DNA of 40,360 bases from Methanothrix sp. (GCA_040770465.1 JAXGJB010000023.1:1-40360), one strand, 5' to 3'; shown: positions 25,758 through 36,401, counted from the stretch's first letter. Numbers and translations are program-made. The notes: a model not told the origin generated them from the letters alone.

Positions 25758-26912
25758 TCACTCGGTGGCTATCGCCTCCACGGGGTCGAGCCGCGAGGCC
25801 TTGTAGGCGGGGTAAATTCCCGCGATGAGATTGACGAGGAGGGCGAAGACGGCGACGTAGACGAACGTCACCGGTTCCAGGATCACCGTCATCCTGTCGG
25901 CTATGTAGACCTCGGCAGGTACCTCGAACGTCCCGATCACCTTTGCCGCGACGTAAGCGAGGCCGCCCCCCAGAAGGGCCGAGGGCGGGCCGAGGATCGC
26001 GCTCTCCAGGACGAATATCTTCATGATCGAGACCTGGTCTGCTCCCATCGCCATCATTATCCCTATCTCCTTAGTCCTGCGGCTTATTATCATTATCATG
26101 GTGTTGGCGATGCCAAGCCCTGATATTAAGAATATCAGAAAGTAGAATAAGTATGAATAGAACTGCTGGGTGGCCAGCATATCCAAGACGTCCCGGCTCT
26201 TATCCTGCCAGCTCTCTGCCTGGTAGCGGGTTCTGTTGTTCAGCTCTGCGGCCACTGCCGGAGCTGCATAGATGTCGGAGAGCCTCATCCCCACCTCGGA
26301 TACCACGTCCCCCTCCCCCAGGAGGTCTTGGGCGGTCTTCAGGGGAAGGTAGACGAGGGTCTGGTCGAGCCCAGTCCCCGTATCTATAATCCCGACGACC
26401 TTCACCCGGATCGATTCATTCTGTCGGATGAGCTGGAAGTCGTCGCCCCACTTCAGCTCCAGGTCGTCGGAGAGTTTGTCCCCCACCACGGCGGCGAACC
26501 TCTTGAACCGAAGGTCGCCGTAGTCGCCCCAGACCAGGTCATCCTGTACCCTCAGGAGTAGGTCCTCCTGGACGGGGTCTGCTCCGATGAAGGTCACTCC
26601 CTCGACGTTGTCTTTGTACTTGGCCGCCGCCCTTCCAATGAGCCTCGGGGACGCCGCCACGACTTCCGGGCTCTCCAGTGCGATGGCGGAGATGGTCCTG
26701 TAGAGATAGATGTAATCCTCGTCCTCCTTAGGGTCCACGGTGACATGGGCCGCGTTCTCCACGGTGTCTTCTATGAGGTTTTCCTTGTACCCCTCCATAA
26801 GCCCTATCATGACGAAGATCACCCCAACAGCCAGGGCCACAGATAGCACGGTGAATAGCACCATCTTGGGGTTTCCGAGGATGTGCCTTTCTGCGACCGT
26901 CAGCTCGAACAT
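25758..26912 (-). CDS. ABC transporter permease (LolC/E-FtsX/MacB family)
   Basis: One TM, a large extracellular domain, then three TMs; RRTKEIGIMMAMGA and YPAYKASRLDPVEAI motifs. Confidence 0.9.
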   Translation of the reverse strand: MFELTVAERHILGNPKMVLFTVLSVALAVGVIFVMIGLMEGYKENLIEDTVENAAHVTVDPKEDEDYIYLYRTISAIALESPEVVAASPRLIGRAAAKYKDNVEGVTFIGADPVQEDLLLRVQDDLVWGDYGDLRFKRFAAVVGDKLSDDLELKWGDDFQLIRQNESIRVKVVGIIDTGTGLDQTLVYLPLKTAQDLLGEGDVVSEVGMRLSDIYAAPAVAAELNNRTRYQAESWQDKSRDVLDMLATQQFYSYLFYFLIFLISGLGIANTMIMIISRRTKEIGIMMAMGADQVSIMKIFVLESAILGPPSALLGGGLAYVAAKVIGTFEVPAEVYIADRMTVILEPVTFVYVAVFALLVNLIAGIYPAYKASRLDPVEAIATE

Positions 26913-26917
26913 CGATC

Positions 26918-28078
26918 TCAACCTCGCAGGGCGACCACCGGGTCCAGCTTCGACGCCTTGTGGGCGGGGTAGACCCCCGCGATCATGCTCAGGGCCAGGG
27001 CGAGGATCGGGAAGGCGATGAGGTCGAAGGGGGCGGCGAGAAATTGTAGGACTATCGGCTGGGGCGCCGTCGGTATACTGTAGCTGATCTCGAGGCTGTT
27101 TAACCAGACGGAGACCAGAGTGCCTAACGCGCTCCCTAACGCACCTCCAACAAGCCCCAATATCCCGCTCTCGAAGACGAATATCTTCCGGACCTGGGAC
27201 TGGTTGGCCCCCATCGCCATCAGCATGCCCACATCTCTAGTCTTCTCCAGAACCAGCATATTCATGACGTTGGCGATCCCAAAGGAGGCGATCAAGAGGA
27301 TCAGCACCTGGACCAGATTGTTTGAAAATGTCTCGATGGCCAGGGTCTGCTCGATCTCCGGAAACAGGGTCCTCCAGCTTTCGGCATCATAACCCAGGGC
27401 CGAGATCTCCGCGGCTACGCCGTCAGCCTGGTAGGGGTCGTCGATCTGGATGTTGATGTAGGTTATTACGTCCCCCTCACCAAGAAACTCCTGGGCCGTC
27501 TCCAGGGAGACGAAGGCCGACTGATCCCACTCTTCGATCCCCGTTCTGAAGATTCCTGCCACCACCAGGTTCATAGTTGCAGCGTCGGGAGAGCTGGCGA
27601 CGACGTCCTCGCCGATCTTCACGTCCAGGGTTTTGACCATTTCGTCCCCCAAAAGGACCCTCCTGCCGGTCTGGATCGCGTAGAAATCGCCATCGATCAT
27701 GTACTTGTCGCCGATGGCAGTCACGTTGTTCAGCTCTGCCGGGACGACTCCGGTCATCTCGACGTTCTCGACGTTATCCTCGAAGGAAAGGGCTGCTGTG
27801 GTGCTGAGGGCTGGAGAGACGGCAGCGACCCCGGGGATCGCCCAGACGAACTCGATGAGGGTCTTGTATAGGTAGATGTAATCCTCCCCCTCTTTGGGGG
27901 CGACCAGAACGTGGGGCGCCAGCTCGAAGAACAGATTGAAGAAAGTATCGAAGTTTCCGTTGATGGAAGCCCTCATAATTATGATGATCGCCACGGCGAG
28001 GCCTACGGCCCCCACGGCGAGGACGGTCTGCCTCTTTCTGATTATTATGTGCTTCAACGCCACGAAGAGCTCGAGCAA
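26918..28078 (-). CDS. ABC transporter permease (LolC/E-FtsX/MacB family), paralog of the adjacent gene
   Basis: EKTRDVGMLMAMGA and YPAHKASKLDPVVAL motifs; TTG start after a GAGGTG RBS. Confidence 0.9.
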   Translation of the reverse strand: MLELFVALKHIIIRKRQTVLAVGAVGLAVAIIIIMRASINGNFDTFFNLFFELAPHVLVAPKEGEDYIYLYKTLIEFVWAIPGVAAVSPALSTTAALSFEDNVENVEMTGVVPAELNNVTAIGDKYMIDGDFYAIQTGRRVLLGDEMVKTLDVKIGEDVVASSPDAATMNLVVAGIFRTGIEEWDQSAFVSLETAQEFLGEGDVITYINIQIDDPYQADGVAAEISALGYDAESWRTLFPEIEQTLAIETFSNNLVQVLILLIASFGIANVMNMLVLEKTRDVGMLMAMGANQSQVRKIFVFESGILGLVGGALGSALGTLVSVWLNSLEISYSIPTAPQPIVLQFLAAPFDLIAFPILALALSMIAGVYPAHKASKLDPVVALRG

Positions 28079-28150
28079 GGGATCACACCTCTTCGGCGCG
28101 CATATGCCAACAGCGCCATTACCGAATTCTTAGGATCTTATTTATAGAGA

Positions 28151-28200
28151 TCGGAGATTATTGGGGCTGATCGGAGATGACCGGCCTTGGCCGGAGATGA
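28151..28200. promoter_or_regulatory. Three 10-bp direct repeats at exact 20-bp spacing, just upstream of the ABC-operon TATA box
   Basis: tcggagatta (28151), tcggagatga (28171) and ccggagatga (28191); minus-strand TATAAATAA at 28138-28146. Confidence 0.6.
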
Positions 28201-28272
28201 GCAACCCTTATCGAGTTGGTCTGACTCGTTGAGTCGTTAAAATTGAGCAAATTGAGAAAAAGGACAGGGGGC

Positions 28273-29070
28273 TCAGAGGGTGACCCCTTCGGCTTCTTCC
28301 ACCGAGTAGTTTTCGTGGACCACCTTGCAGAGCCTCTTTACAAAGAGGGTCGGGTTTTTCGCCTGGAAGATGTTCCTTCCTATGGATAGGCCCCCGCCGC
28401 CAACGTTTATCGAGTCGAAGACCATCTCCAAAACCTGGTGCTCGGTATCCATCTTGGGGCCGCCCGCGATCACCACGGGGACGCTGCAGCCCTTGACGAC
28501 CTCCTTGAAGGTATCGGGAGAGCCGGTGTAGTTGGTCTTGACGATGTCGACCCCAAGCTCCGCACCGATACGGGCGGCGTGCTTGACGTACTCGACGTCG
28601 TGCTCGGACTTGACCTTCGCCCCTCTCGGGTACATCATGGCCAGGAGCGGCATCCCCCAGCCGTCGCAGGTCCGGGCAACCCGCCCCAGGTCCTGGAGCA
28701 TCGTGGCCTCGTCGTCGGCGCCGACGTTGACGTGGATGCTGACGGCGTCAGCTCCGATCCGGATGGCGTCCTCCACCTCGGTGACCAGGACCTTGTGGTT
28801 GGGGTCGGGGCCGAGGCTGGAGCTGGCGGAGAGGTGGACGATGAGCCCGACGTCCCGGCCGTACCCCCGGTGGCCGAAGAGGGGGAGCCCCATGTGGCCC
28901 AAGACGGCGTTCGCCCCGCCCTCGGCCACCTTGTCCACCGCCTCCTGGAGGTCTATCAGCCCCTCGATGGGACCCACCGTCAGGCCGTGGTCCATGGGGA
29001 CGATGACCGTCCTATTCGTCCTCCTGTTGAAGATCCTCTCCATCCTGATGGATTTTCCGACGTTCCTCAT
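28273..29070 (-). CDS. aroA': 2-amino-3,7-dideoxy-D-threo-hept-6-ulosonate (ADH) synthase / DhnA-type class I aldolase
   Basis: [41 protein letters not shown] and IGRNIFQ motifs. A DhnA-type FBP aldolase paralog cannot be fully excluded. Confidence 0.8.
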   Translation of the reverse strand: MRNVGKSIRMERIFNRRTNRTVIVPMDHGLTVGPIEGLIDLQEAVDKVAEGGANAVLGHMGLPLFGHRGYGRDVGLIVHLSASSSLGPDPNHKVLVTEVEDAIRIGADAVSIHVNVGADDEATMLQDLGRVARTCDGWGMPLLAMMYPRGAKVKSEHDVEYVKHAARIGAELGVDIVKTNYTGSPDTFKEVVKGCSVPVVIAGGPKMDTEHQVLEMVFDSINVGGGGLSIGRNIFQAKNPTLFVKRLCKVVHENYSVEEAEGVTL

Positions 29071-29173
29071 GGGGGAATGGGATCGAGGAGTCGAGATTAA
29101 AAGGTGGTGGTCAGATCCGAAAAATACCGGTTCATTTAATTACTTTCGAATCCATCTTTCATGGGGTTTTTTC

Positions 29174-29899
29174 ATGAAGATATTCGAAGCCCTTCTGCTG
29201 GGAATTTTGGTGCTTTTCGCGTCTCTAGCCACATCTCTTGGAGACAACTACGGGTACGAAGACTTATCGACGCTGACCGTCTCGGGGACGGGCAAAGCTA
29301 CCGCCGACGCCGATATGGTGACGATAGTTCTGGGGGTCCAGACGAGAGACGAGAGCGCGGCCGTCGCCGTCGCAGAGAACGCTCAGAATATGTCCGACAC
29401 CATCGAGGCCCTTTTGGCGGCCGGGGTCTCCGAGGACGAGATCAAGACCTCGCGGTTCTCGATCCGTCCCACCCGGGACTGGATAGACGGCGAGCTATCT
29501 GACGAGGTCTTCTTCGAGGTCACAAACCAGGTCACCGTCGCCCTAAATCTCACCGATGATGTGGACGTGGGCGAGATCATCGACGCCGCCGTGGGGGCGG
29601 GAGCAAACAGCGTCGAGAGCGTCACCTTCGGCCTCCGGGACCCGACTTCGGTCCAGGAAGAGGCCTTGGAGAACGCCGTCGTCAACGCCATGGGGAAGGC
29701 AGAGGTTATCTCCGAGGCGGCCGGGGTGAATCTCGGCCGGATCTTATCGATATCCGAGAGCGGAGCCTCGCCAGAGCCGTTGGCCGAGAGCAAGGTATTC
29801 TTCGCCTCCGACGCCGGAGCTTCGACGCCGATCGTGCCAGCGGACGTGGAGGCGACGGCGACGGTCACCATCACCTACGAGATCGAGAACGATGTCTAG
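29174..29899 (+). CDS. SIMPL (DUF541) domain secreted protein
   Basis: Start at ATG 29174 with a signal peptide; TLTVSGTGKA, IIDAAVGAGANSV, ALENAVVNAMGKAE and ATVTITYEI motifs. Confidence 0.9.
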   Translation: MKIFEALLLGILVLFASLATSLGDNYGYEDLSTLTVSGTGKATADADMVTIVLGVQTRDESAAVAVAENAQNMSDTIEALLAAGVSEDEIKTSRFSIRPTRDWIDGELSDEVFFEVTNQVTVALNLTDDVDVGEIIDAAVGAGANSVESVTFGLRDPTSVQEEALENAVVNAMGKAEVISEAAGVNLGRILSISESGASPEPLAESKVFFASDAGASTPIVPADVEATATVTITYEIENDV

Positions 29900-29930
29900 G
29901 CCCCAATCCAAACCAAAAAATCAACCAAAA

Positions 29931-29956
29931 AGGCAGGTCCGCCCTCGGGCCTGCCT
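29931..29956. terminator. GC-rich hairpin after the SIMPL gene (possible terminator or stability element)
   Basis: AGGCAGGTCC-GCCCTC-GGGCCTGCCT forms a 10-bp stem with one G-U pair; A-tracts lie on its left and T-rich sequence further right. Confidence 0.45.
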
Positions 29957-30036
29957 GCCAAATTTCTCTCGAATATTGAACTCTTTTTTATGGCCTCGTA
30001 AACCCATTAATACGCCAAACCCGGAGAATATCGCTC

Positions 30037-30450
30037 ATGAAGAAAGTCGTCATTTCAGGCCTCGCGGCCGGCGCCCTGATGCTCGGCGCGTCCCTCCTCC
30101 TATCGCTCATCATCTCGGCGGCATTTCCGGAAGCGGTGGCCGAGTACTCGAACTCGGAGATCTTTCGGCAGATGGACGATCCCCTCATGCACTACATGTT
30201 ATTCCATCCCTTCGTCATGGGCGTCATCCTCTCTTTCATCTGGCCGAAGGTGAGGGGGCAGATCGGCGGAGAGGGGCTGAAGAAGGGCCTTGCTTACGGG
30301 TTTTACGTCTGGCTATTCTTCGGAGTCCCCGGGATGCTGATCTCCATCAGCACCTTCCAGGTCTCGCCGTTTCTGGTGGGGACGTGGACGGTCAGCGTCC
30401 TCGCTCAGGACCTTGTGGCGGGTGTCGTCATCAGTCGGATGGTTGGGTAA
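30037..30450 (+). CDS. Small 4-TM membrane protein of unknown function
   Basis: 137-aa ORF with four hydrophobic helices, KGLAYGF motif and a GGAG RBS. Confidence 0.72.
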   Translation: MKKVVISGLAAGALMLGASLLLSLIISAAFPEAVAEYSNSEIFRQMDDPLMHYMLFHPFVMGVILSFIWPKVRGQIGGEGLKKGLAYGFYVWLFFGVPGMLISISTFQVSPFLVGTWTVSVLAQDLVAGVVISRMVG

Positions 30451-30526
30451 TTGAAATTGATCGAAGAGCACCAAAATAGATTTGCTATGGCGTGATAAAA
30501 AATAAAGTTGCGGGATGGCCTCCTGC

Positions 30527-30931
30527 TCATCCTGCATCGTAGTAGCAGACCTCGTCGACGTCCAGGACCGTCGGCGATCCCAGCTTTAGGCTCTTCACTC
30601 CCCTAACCCGGCCGTGGCCCACCATCGCGAGCTGGACCCGGGCCGCCTGGGCCTCCCTCTCCTCGTAGAAGTCGGCTCCGGCCTGGACCGTCTTGTGGGT
30701 CACCACCTGGATCTCCCGGATCCGGGTCAGCATCCCGCCGGTCCCCGTGACGATGTCGGGACCGCTCGCCTCAGTCAGGAATATGACGTCTCCAGGGCTG
30801 AGGTGGAGGAGGGTGAGGAAGTTGTGGGGGCTTCTGATCTCCAGGGTCCTGATGCCGTTTGCCACAAGCTCCCTGATAACCTGTCTGGATATTCCAGTAA
30901 GTGCAACGCATTCCATAACCATCGCCATCAC
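30527..30931 (-). CDS. DUF473-family protein
   Basis: ALTGISRQVIRELV...RTLEIRSPHNF...GDVIFLT; overlaps the stop of the PAC2 gene. Confidence 0.8.
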   Translation of the reverse strand: MMAMVMECVALTGISRQVIRELVANGIRTLEIRSPHNFLTLLHLSPGDVIFLTEASGPDIVTGTGGMLTRIREIQVVTHKTVQAGADFYEEREAQAARVQLAMVGHGRVRGVKSLKLGSPTVLDVDEVCYYDAG

Positions 30932-31665
30932 CCATACATCGGGAACTGTAGCTCTTTTTTGCCCGGAACCTCTTCTGCGGAGGTGGTCTTCACCTGATCT
31001 GCGAGCTTCTGCATCTGAAGCTCGATCTCTTCCGCCCTCTCCTCAAGCTCCTCGGTGTCGGCGTCGAGTCCGTAGAGGGTGTTGAGCATCTTGATGGTGA
31101 CGACCGCAGCTCTCGGGTCGGGGGCCATGCTGTGGGTCTCGCCGAGGAGGCATATCGCCGGCACCTTCCGGAGGAGGCACTCGTTCATGACGGACCCCGA
31201 TATCCCCGATATCGTCCCGATCTCGAAGACCTCCACCTTCTCCTTTATCTTCTCCAGCATCTCCTCGGTGGTGGCGGCGCCGAAGACCCGCTGCTGGTCG
31301 CTCATCACCGTAATGCCGGCAAGACAGACCATCTCCCTCGCCCCGATCGACTCCGCCCACGATACGATCCCCCGAGCGACGTCGTAAGAGGCCGCAGGGT
31401 GGACCGGAATGTCGGAGCTTATCACCACCACCCCCAGATCCGCCTTCTCGTATATCCTCACGGGCATGTGGGCGACCCCGCCCACCAGGACCGATAGGGG
31501 CGGAAAGAACCTCGAATCGATGGCGCCGAGGTAGTCCATCTCGAGCTTGTTGACGATGTACTGGCTTGCGATGTTTCCGATCAGCCCTATCCCCGGGAAC
31601 CCCTCGATGACCACCGGGTTCTGGGATTTGGGCCTTTCGGCTATGACCTGGACTTCGTCAGTCAT
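30928..31665 (-). CDS. Proteasome assembly chaperone (PAC2) family protein
   Basis: VIEGFPGIGLIGNIA and PDPRAA motifs; C-terminal MYG (HbYX-like). Confidence 0.9.
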   Translation of the reverse strand: MTDEVQVIAERPKSQNPVVIEGFPGIGLIGNIASQYIVNKLEMDYLGAIDSRFFPPLSVLVGGVAHMPVRIYEKADLGVVVISSDIPVHPAASYDVARGIVSWAESIGAREMVCLAGITVMSDQQRVFGAATTEEMLEKIKEKVEVFEIGTISGISGSVMNECLLRKVPAICLLGETHSMAPDPRAAVVTIKMLNTLYGLDADTEELEERAEEIELQMQKLADQVKTTSAEEVPGKKELQFPMYG

Positions 31666-31934
31666 GAAAATATCTTTACCATCTGATGGGTGATAAGAGC
31701 ATCGGTCACCTCATACGAAGATAAATGGCGAGACCCGTCGGATCTCGTCCGGCCGGGGGGATATTTTGCGGCGGATTTTACGGCGGAGGTTTGCGGACAT
31801 TGGCACAAAACGAAAGGAATATACGGCCGCAGAACATGAACCATATCGGAAACCGGGATATCTCTTCTCAGGCGCTGGGGCGGGTCCTGCCCTGGTCGAT
31901 GCCACTGTTGGCCGGAGAACCTGGAGATGATCAT

Positions 31935-32726
31935 ATGTCAGAACACACAGAAGAAAGGGCAGGCGAAAGGGAGGCTCACGAGAGCGAATCCTTCAAAAGC
32001 ACCATCCTTCCGGTCCTTCTGGGACTGATAGTCAACCTCATCGTGGACACCTTCTCAGGCCTCACCACCCCCTCCAAGATGATCGTCATCATCGGGCTGA
32101 GCGTTGTATACTCGGGGGGAGAGATAATCGGCAAACGCCCCAAGCGGTTCGAAATATCATCGAGGGCGAAGAAACTGATGACGATAGCGTTCATCATCGC
32201 CGTCCTTCTCATCCTGGCGGCAGCGTTGATCCTGGGTTTGAGCCTGGAGGCCACCGTCTTCTTAGTGGGATGGACGATCCTCATGGCCCTGGCCTTGCAG
32301 TTTGCATCGAGCATCCCCGAGGGGAACGTCGTCGCAAAAGTGGCCATGACCCGGATCGCGGCCTTCACCCTCGGTGCGGCCCTCGCCATCGGCGGAGCTC
32401 CGGTGGTCGATGTGGCGTTGGGCGGTCCAGCTTACCTGACGGTGGTGAACGGTTGTGACCATGATTTCAGATACTCTGCACCGGGGATCGACATCGACGT
32501 CCCGCATGGTGGGTCTCAGACTCTGGAGATGCCCCGCGTCGCCATCGACGTAGAACGTCACGGGAATCAGATTACCGTCGGTGGGCCATACGGCCAACTG
32601 GCGGACTTCGAAGTACCCAAAGGCATCAAAATAGCCATCGACGACCAGCCCCTGGAACCTGGTTATTCGAGAAGGGTAGATCTGGGGGACAGCGAAAATC
32701 ACACGCTAACCATAAGCTGCGGGTAG
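31935..32726 (+). CDS. Hypothetical membrane protein (about 5 TM plus a C-terminal beta-rich domain with two Cys)
   Basis: ATG 31935 after GGAGATGA; hydrophobic helices, then YLTVVNGCD...HTLTISCG. Confidence 0.65.
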   Translation: MSEHTEERAGEREAHESESFKSTILPVLLGLIVNLIVDTFSGLTTPSKMIVIIGLSVVYSGGEIIGKRPKRFEISSRAKKLMTIAFIIAVLLILAAALILGLSLEATVFLVGWTILMALALQFASSIPEGNVVAKVAMTRIAAFTLGAALAIGGAPVVDVALGGPAYLTVVNGCDHDFRYSAPGIDIDVPHGGSQTLEMPRVAIDVERHGNQITVGGPYGQLADFEVPKGIKIAIDDQPLEPGYSRRVDLGDSENHTLTISCG

Positions 32727-32796
32727 ATCCCCGATACCGAAAGCCAGCGCTCCATTTTTTCCGGCGGCGATGCCGATATGATACCGCCGTGAGAAC

Positions 32797-32829
32797 TTAT
32801 TAATCCGATCAGTTTCGTATCATTAATAA
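32797..32829. promoter_or_regulatory. Inverted repeat TTATTAAT-N17-ATTAATAA in the promoter region of the redox/copper cluster
   Basis: Perfect 8-bp arms at 32797-32804 and 32822-32829, 25-57 bp upstream of the glutaredoxin ATG. Confidence 0.5.
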
Positions 32830-32853
32830 AAATGGCGAGGGTGGTTTTTGCCG

Positions 32854-33135
32854 ATGGGATTTGAACACGTCAAGGGAGAGAACCGGGGGAAGATCCTCCT
32901 CTACGCCCTCAGCACCTGCGTCTGGTGCAACAAGACCAAAAAGCTCCTGGCGGACCTGGGGGTGGAGTACAGCTACATCTACATCGATCTTCTCGAAGGA
33001 GACCAAAGAGATAGAACTATAGAAGAGGTGAGGCGGCACAACCCGAATATCACCTTCCCCACCACGGTCATCGACGACGACAGATGCATCATCGGATTCA
33101 AGGAGAAGGAGATAAAGGAGGCACTGGGGCTATGA
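32854..33135 (+). CDS. Glutaredoxin-like protein (methanoredoxin type)
   Basis: [13 protein letters not shown] active site and TFP cis-Pro loop; coupled to the FDR gene by an ATGA overlap. Confidence 0.88.
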   Translation: MGFEHVKGENRGKILLYALSTCVWCNKTKKLLADLGVEYSYIYIDLLEGDQRDRTIEEVRRHNPNITFPTTVIDDDRCIIGFKEKEIKEALGL

Positions 33136-33650
33136 CCGATTTTGAGCCGTCTTCCGAGGAGGTGGAGACCTTCGCCGACCAGCTTCTCCGGGAGGCGGTG
33201 GGGATGGGCTACCATCTCAACCCCGATCCCGACTTCACAGAAGGCCTGGTCCGGGGGCTTCTGGTGAACGAGAGGCGGTACGGCTACCACTCCTGCCCCT
33301 GCAGGCTCGCCTCCGGAGATAGGGATGAGGATCTGGACATAATATGCCCCTGCGACTACAGGGACCAGGATCTGGTCGAGTACGGCGCCTGCTACTGCGC
33401 CCTCTACGTATCCGAGGAGGTCCTGGCAGGCGAGCGGGAGCTTGGACCGGTTCCCGAGAGAAGGCCATCCCCCGAGGAGCGGGAGAGGGCGGCGAGGGTC
33501 CTCTCTGCTGGGTCGGCGGAGCCCCTATCCTCGTTGCCCTACCCGGTCTGGAGGTGCAGAGTCTGCGGATACCTCTGTGCAAGAGAGGAGCCGCCGGGGG
33601 TCTGCCCCATATGCAAGGCCGATATGGACAGGTTTGAGCGTTTCATCTGA
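33132..33650 (+). CDS. Ferredoxin:thioredoxin reductase catalytic domain fused to a rubredoxin-like domain (ferredoxin:disulfide reductase)
   Basis: CPCR, CPC and CYC FTR motifs; C-terminal WRCRVCGY...CPICKA. Start at ATG 33132. Confidence 0.9.
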   Translation: MTDFEPSSEEVETFADQLLREAVGMGYHLNPDPDFTEGLVRGLLVNERRYGYHSCPCRLASGDRDEDLDIICPCDYRDQDLVEYGACYCALYVSEEVLAGERELGPVPERRPSPEERERAARVLSAGSAEPLSSLPYPVWRCRVCGYLCAREEPPGVCPICKADMDRFERFI

Positions 33651-33700
33651 AGGTAAGATCTGAATCCGAAGGCAAGGCCTGGAAATGGGGGAACGGAGCT

Positions 33701-36166
33701 TTGGACAAAGAGGATCAGAAGCGGGAGAAGAAAGTCGAGCTGAAGATATCGGGGATGACCTGCGCGTCCTGCGCCTCGACCGTCGAAGACGCCCTCCTGG
33801 GGGTGGAAGGGGTCGCCGGGGCTCAGGTGAACCTGGGGAAGGAGACGGCCTCCGTCGAGTACGACCCGTCGAAGGCGAAGCTCTCGGAGATGGAGACGGC
33901 CGTATCGGAGGCGGGATACGGCGTCGTGGACGAGAGGGTCGCCCTCAAGGTTGGGGGGATGATGTGCGCCACATGTGTCTCCACCGTGGAGGAGGCGATC
34001 GGCGAGGTCGAGGGGGTCGTCGAGGTCAGCGTCAACCTGGGCTCCGAGAAGGCATACGTCACCTACAACCCGCGAGCAGCCTCCGTCGCCGATATGAAGG
34101 CGGCGATCGAGGAGGCGGGCTACCAGTATCTCGGCGTTGCCGGAGAGGAGAGCGAAGAGGGCGAGAGGAGGGAGCGGGAGGCGAGGGAGAGGGACCTCCG
34201 GGATAAAAAACGGAGGATTCTCGTCGGGTTTGCCGCCGGAGCCTTCCTGATGGTTCTGGGGATGAGCCGCCTCGCCCTGCCGGTTCCGATGCCCTATCTG
34301 ATGCTCGTTTTATCGACCCCGCCCTTCATTTACCTCAGCAGTCCCATATTCTCTGCCGGGCTCCGAGCCCTCCGCCACGGGAACCTGACGATGGACGTCA
34401 TGTACTCCATGGGGATCGGTGTCGCCTTCGTCTCAAGCCTTATGGGGACCTTCGGGATCGTCCTGACGCCTCAGTTCACCTTCTATGAGACCGCCGTATT
34501 TCTTGCGGCCTTTCTGACCCTTGGGAGGTATCTGGAGACGAGGGCGAAGGGGAGGACCTCCGACGCGATCAAGAAGCTCGTGGGGCTACAGCCAAAGACC
34601 GCCACCGTCCTCCGGGACGGCCGGGAGGTGGAGGTGGCGGCCGCCGACCTTCTGGCAGGGGACGTGATCTTCGTCCGGCCCGGGGAGAAGGTTCCCGCCG
34701 ACGGCGTCGTCCTGGATGGAGAGAGCTACGTCGACGAGTCGATGATCACCGGAGAGCCGATCCCCTCCCTCAAAAAGGAAGGCGACGCCGTCGTAGGAGG
34801 TACCCTGAACAAGAACGGTGCCCTCAGGTTCCAGGCAACGAAGGTGGGAAGGGATACGGCCCTCGCTCAAATAATCGCCCTGGTGGAGGAGGCCCAGGGC
34901 TCGAAGCCCTCTATCCAGAGGATGGCTGACAGGGCCGTCGCCATCTTCATCCCCGCGGTCCTGACGATCGCGGCACTGACCTTCGTTCTTTGGCGTTTCG
35001 TCTTCGCGGACCTCGTCTCCGGCGACCCCCTCCTCTTCGCCCTCACCGCCTCCATATCGGTCCTGGTGGTGGCCTGCCCCTGCGCCCTGGGCCTCGCCAG
35101 CCCCACAGCCATCACCGTCGGGATCGGCCGGGCGGCGGAGCTGGGGGTCCTGGTTAAGAGGGGCGAGGCGCTGGAGGCTTCAGAGAAGCTCAACGCCGTC
35201 GTCTTCGACAAGACGGGAACCCTCACCGTGGGAAGGCCCGAGGTGACCGACGTCATCGGATTTGGGATCGACGAGCGAGAGCTTCTCCGAATCGCAGGAG
35301 GGATCGAGGCGAACTCGGAGCATCCCCTCGCCGAGGCGGTGGTGAGAAGGGCGAAGAGCGATGGGATCGCTGTGGCAGAGACGGCATCCTTTGAGGCCTT
35401 TGGGGGAAAAGGGGTCATCGCCAGGGTCGAGGGAAGAGATGCGGCCGTCGGAAATCGGGTTCTCCTCCGAGGGATGGGAATCGAGATCCAAAAGGAGGCG
35501 GAGAATGCCTCCCACCGCCTCGAAGAGGAGGGGAAGACCGCCCTCCTCGCCGCCCTCGAAGGCCTCGTCGTCGGCGTCATAGGAGTTGCCGACTCCCTCA
35601 AGGAGAGCTCCATAGAGGCGGTAGCAAGGCTCAAGAAGATGGGGTTTGAGGTTCTGATGATCACCGGCGACAATCCCTCCACCGCCGGGATCGTTGCCAG
35701 AGAGATCGGGATCGAGAAGGTCCTCGCCGAGGTCCTCCCACAGGAGAAGGCCCGGGAGATAAAGAGGCTCCAGGAAGGAGGGTTGGTCGTCGCCTTCGTC
35801 GGTGACGGGATCAACGACGCTCCGGCCCTCGCCCAGGCCGACGTGGGGATCGCCATCGGGAGCGGGACGGACGTCGCCATCGAGAGCGGCGAGATCGTCC
35901 TGATCAGAGACGACCTTCTGGACGCTGTGGCGGCGATAGAGCTCAGCCGGAAGGTGATCGGGAGGGTGAAGCTGAACCTCTTCTGGGCCTTCGCGTACAA
36001 CTCGGCCCTGATCCCGGTGGCGGCGGGCGTTCTGTACCCATCGTTCGGGATAGCTTTCAGGCCGGAGCTGGCGGGGCTCGCCATGGCGTTGAGCTCGGTG
36101 ACGGTGGTAAGCCTCTCCCTGATGCTGAAGGGGTATGTCCCCCCGTCCAAGAAGGAAAGGGATTGA
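33701..36166 (+). CDS. copA: Cu(I)-translocating P1B-type ATPase
   Basis: Two HMA domains (GMTCASC, GMMCATC), TGE, CPC, DKTGT, SEHP, GDGIND, and YN...MALSS Cu(I)-type residues. Confidence 0.93.
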   Translation: MDKEDQKREKKVELKISGMTCASCASTVEDALLGVEGVAGAQVNLGKETASVEYDPSKAKLSEMETAVSEAGYGVVDERVALKVGGMMCATCVSTVEEAIGEVEGVVEVSVNLGSEKAYVTYNPRAASVADMKAAIEEAGYQYLGVAGEESEEGERREREARERDLRDKKRRILVGFAAGAFLMVLGMSRLALPVPMPYLMLVLSTPPFIYLSSPIFSAGLRALRHGNLTMDVMYSMGIGVAFVSSLMGTFGIVLTPQFTFYETAVFLAAFLTLGRYLETRAKGRTSDAIKKLVGLQPKTATVLRDGREVEVAAADLLAGDVIFVRPGEKVPADGVVLDGESYVDESMITGEPIPSLKKEGDAVVGGTLNKNGALRFQATKVGRDTALAQIIALVEEAQGSKPSIQRMADRAVAIFIPAVLTIAALTFVLWRFVFADLVSGDPLLFALTASISVLVVACPCALGLASPTAITVGIGRAAELGVLVKRGEALEASEKLNAVVFDKTGTLTVGRPEVTDVIGFGIDERELLRIAGGIEANSEHPLAEAVVRRAKSDGIAVAETASFEAFGGKGVIARVEGRDAAVGNRVLLRGMGIEIQKEAENASHRLEEEGKTALLAALEGLVVGVIGVADSLKESSIEAVARLKKMGFEVLMITGDNPSTAGIVAREIGIEKVLAEVLPQEKAREIKRLQEGGLVVAFVGDGINDAPALAQADVGIAIGSGTDVAIESGEIVLIRDDLLDAVAAIELSRKVIGRVKLNLFWAFAYNSALIPVAAGVLYPSFGIAFRPELAGLAMALSSVTVVSLSLMLKGYVPPSKKERD

Positions 36167-36221
36167 GCTGAGATGCGAAAAAGTCAGTTCTTCGGATAAA
36201 AAAGCGTTAGAGGTGGGAGAT

Positions 36222-36368
36222 TTGGCGATAGATCCGGTATGCGGCATGACCGTCGACGAGAAGACTGCAAAGTTCAAGACCGACTACAAAGGGACGACTT
36301 ACTACTTCTGCGCCCCCGGGTGCAAGAAGGCCTTCGAGAAGGAGCCCGAGAAGTATCTGAAAAAGTGA
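36222..36368 (+). CDS. YHS/TRASH-domain small metal-binding protein
   Basis: DPVCGM...YYFCAPGCKKAFEKEPEKY; TTG start at 36222 after GAGGTG. Confidence 0.88.
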   Translation: MAIDPVCGMTVDEKTAKFKTDYKGTTYYFCAPGCKKAFEKEPEKYLKK

Positions 36369-36401
36369 GCGCCCAAATTTCGAAATGCCAGGTGTCATTT
36401 C

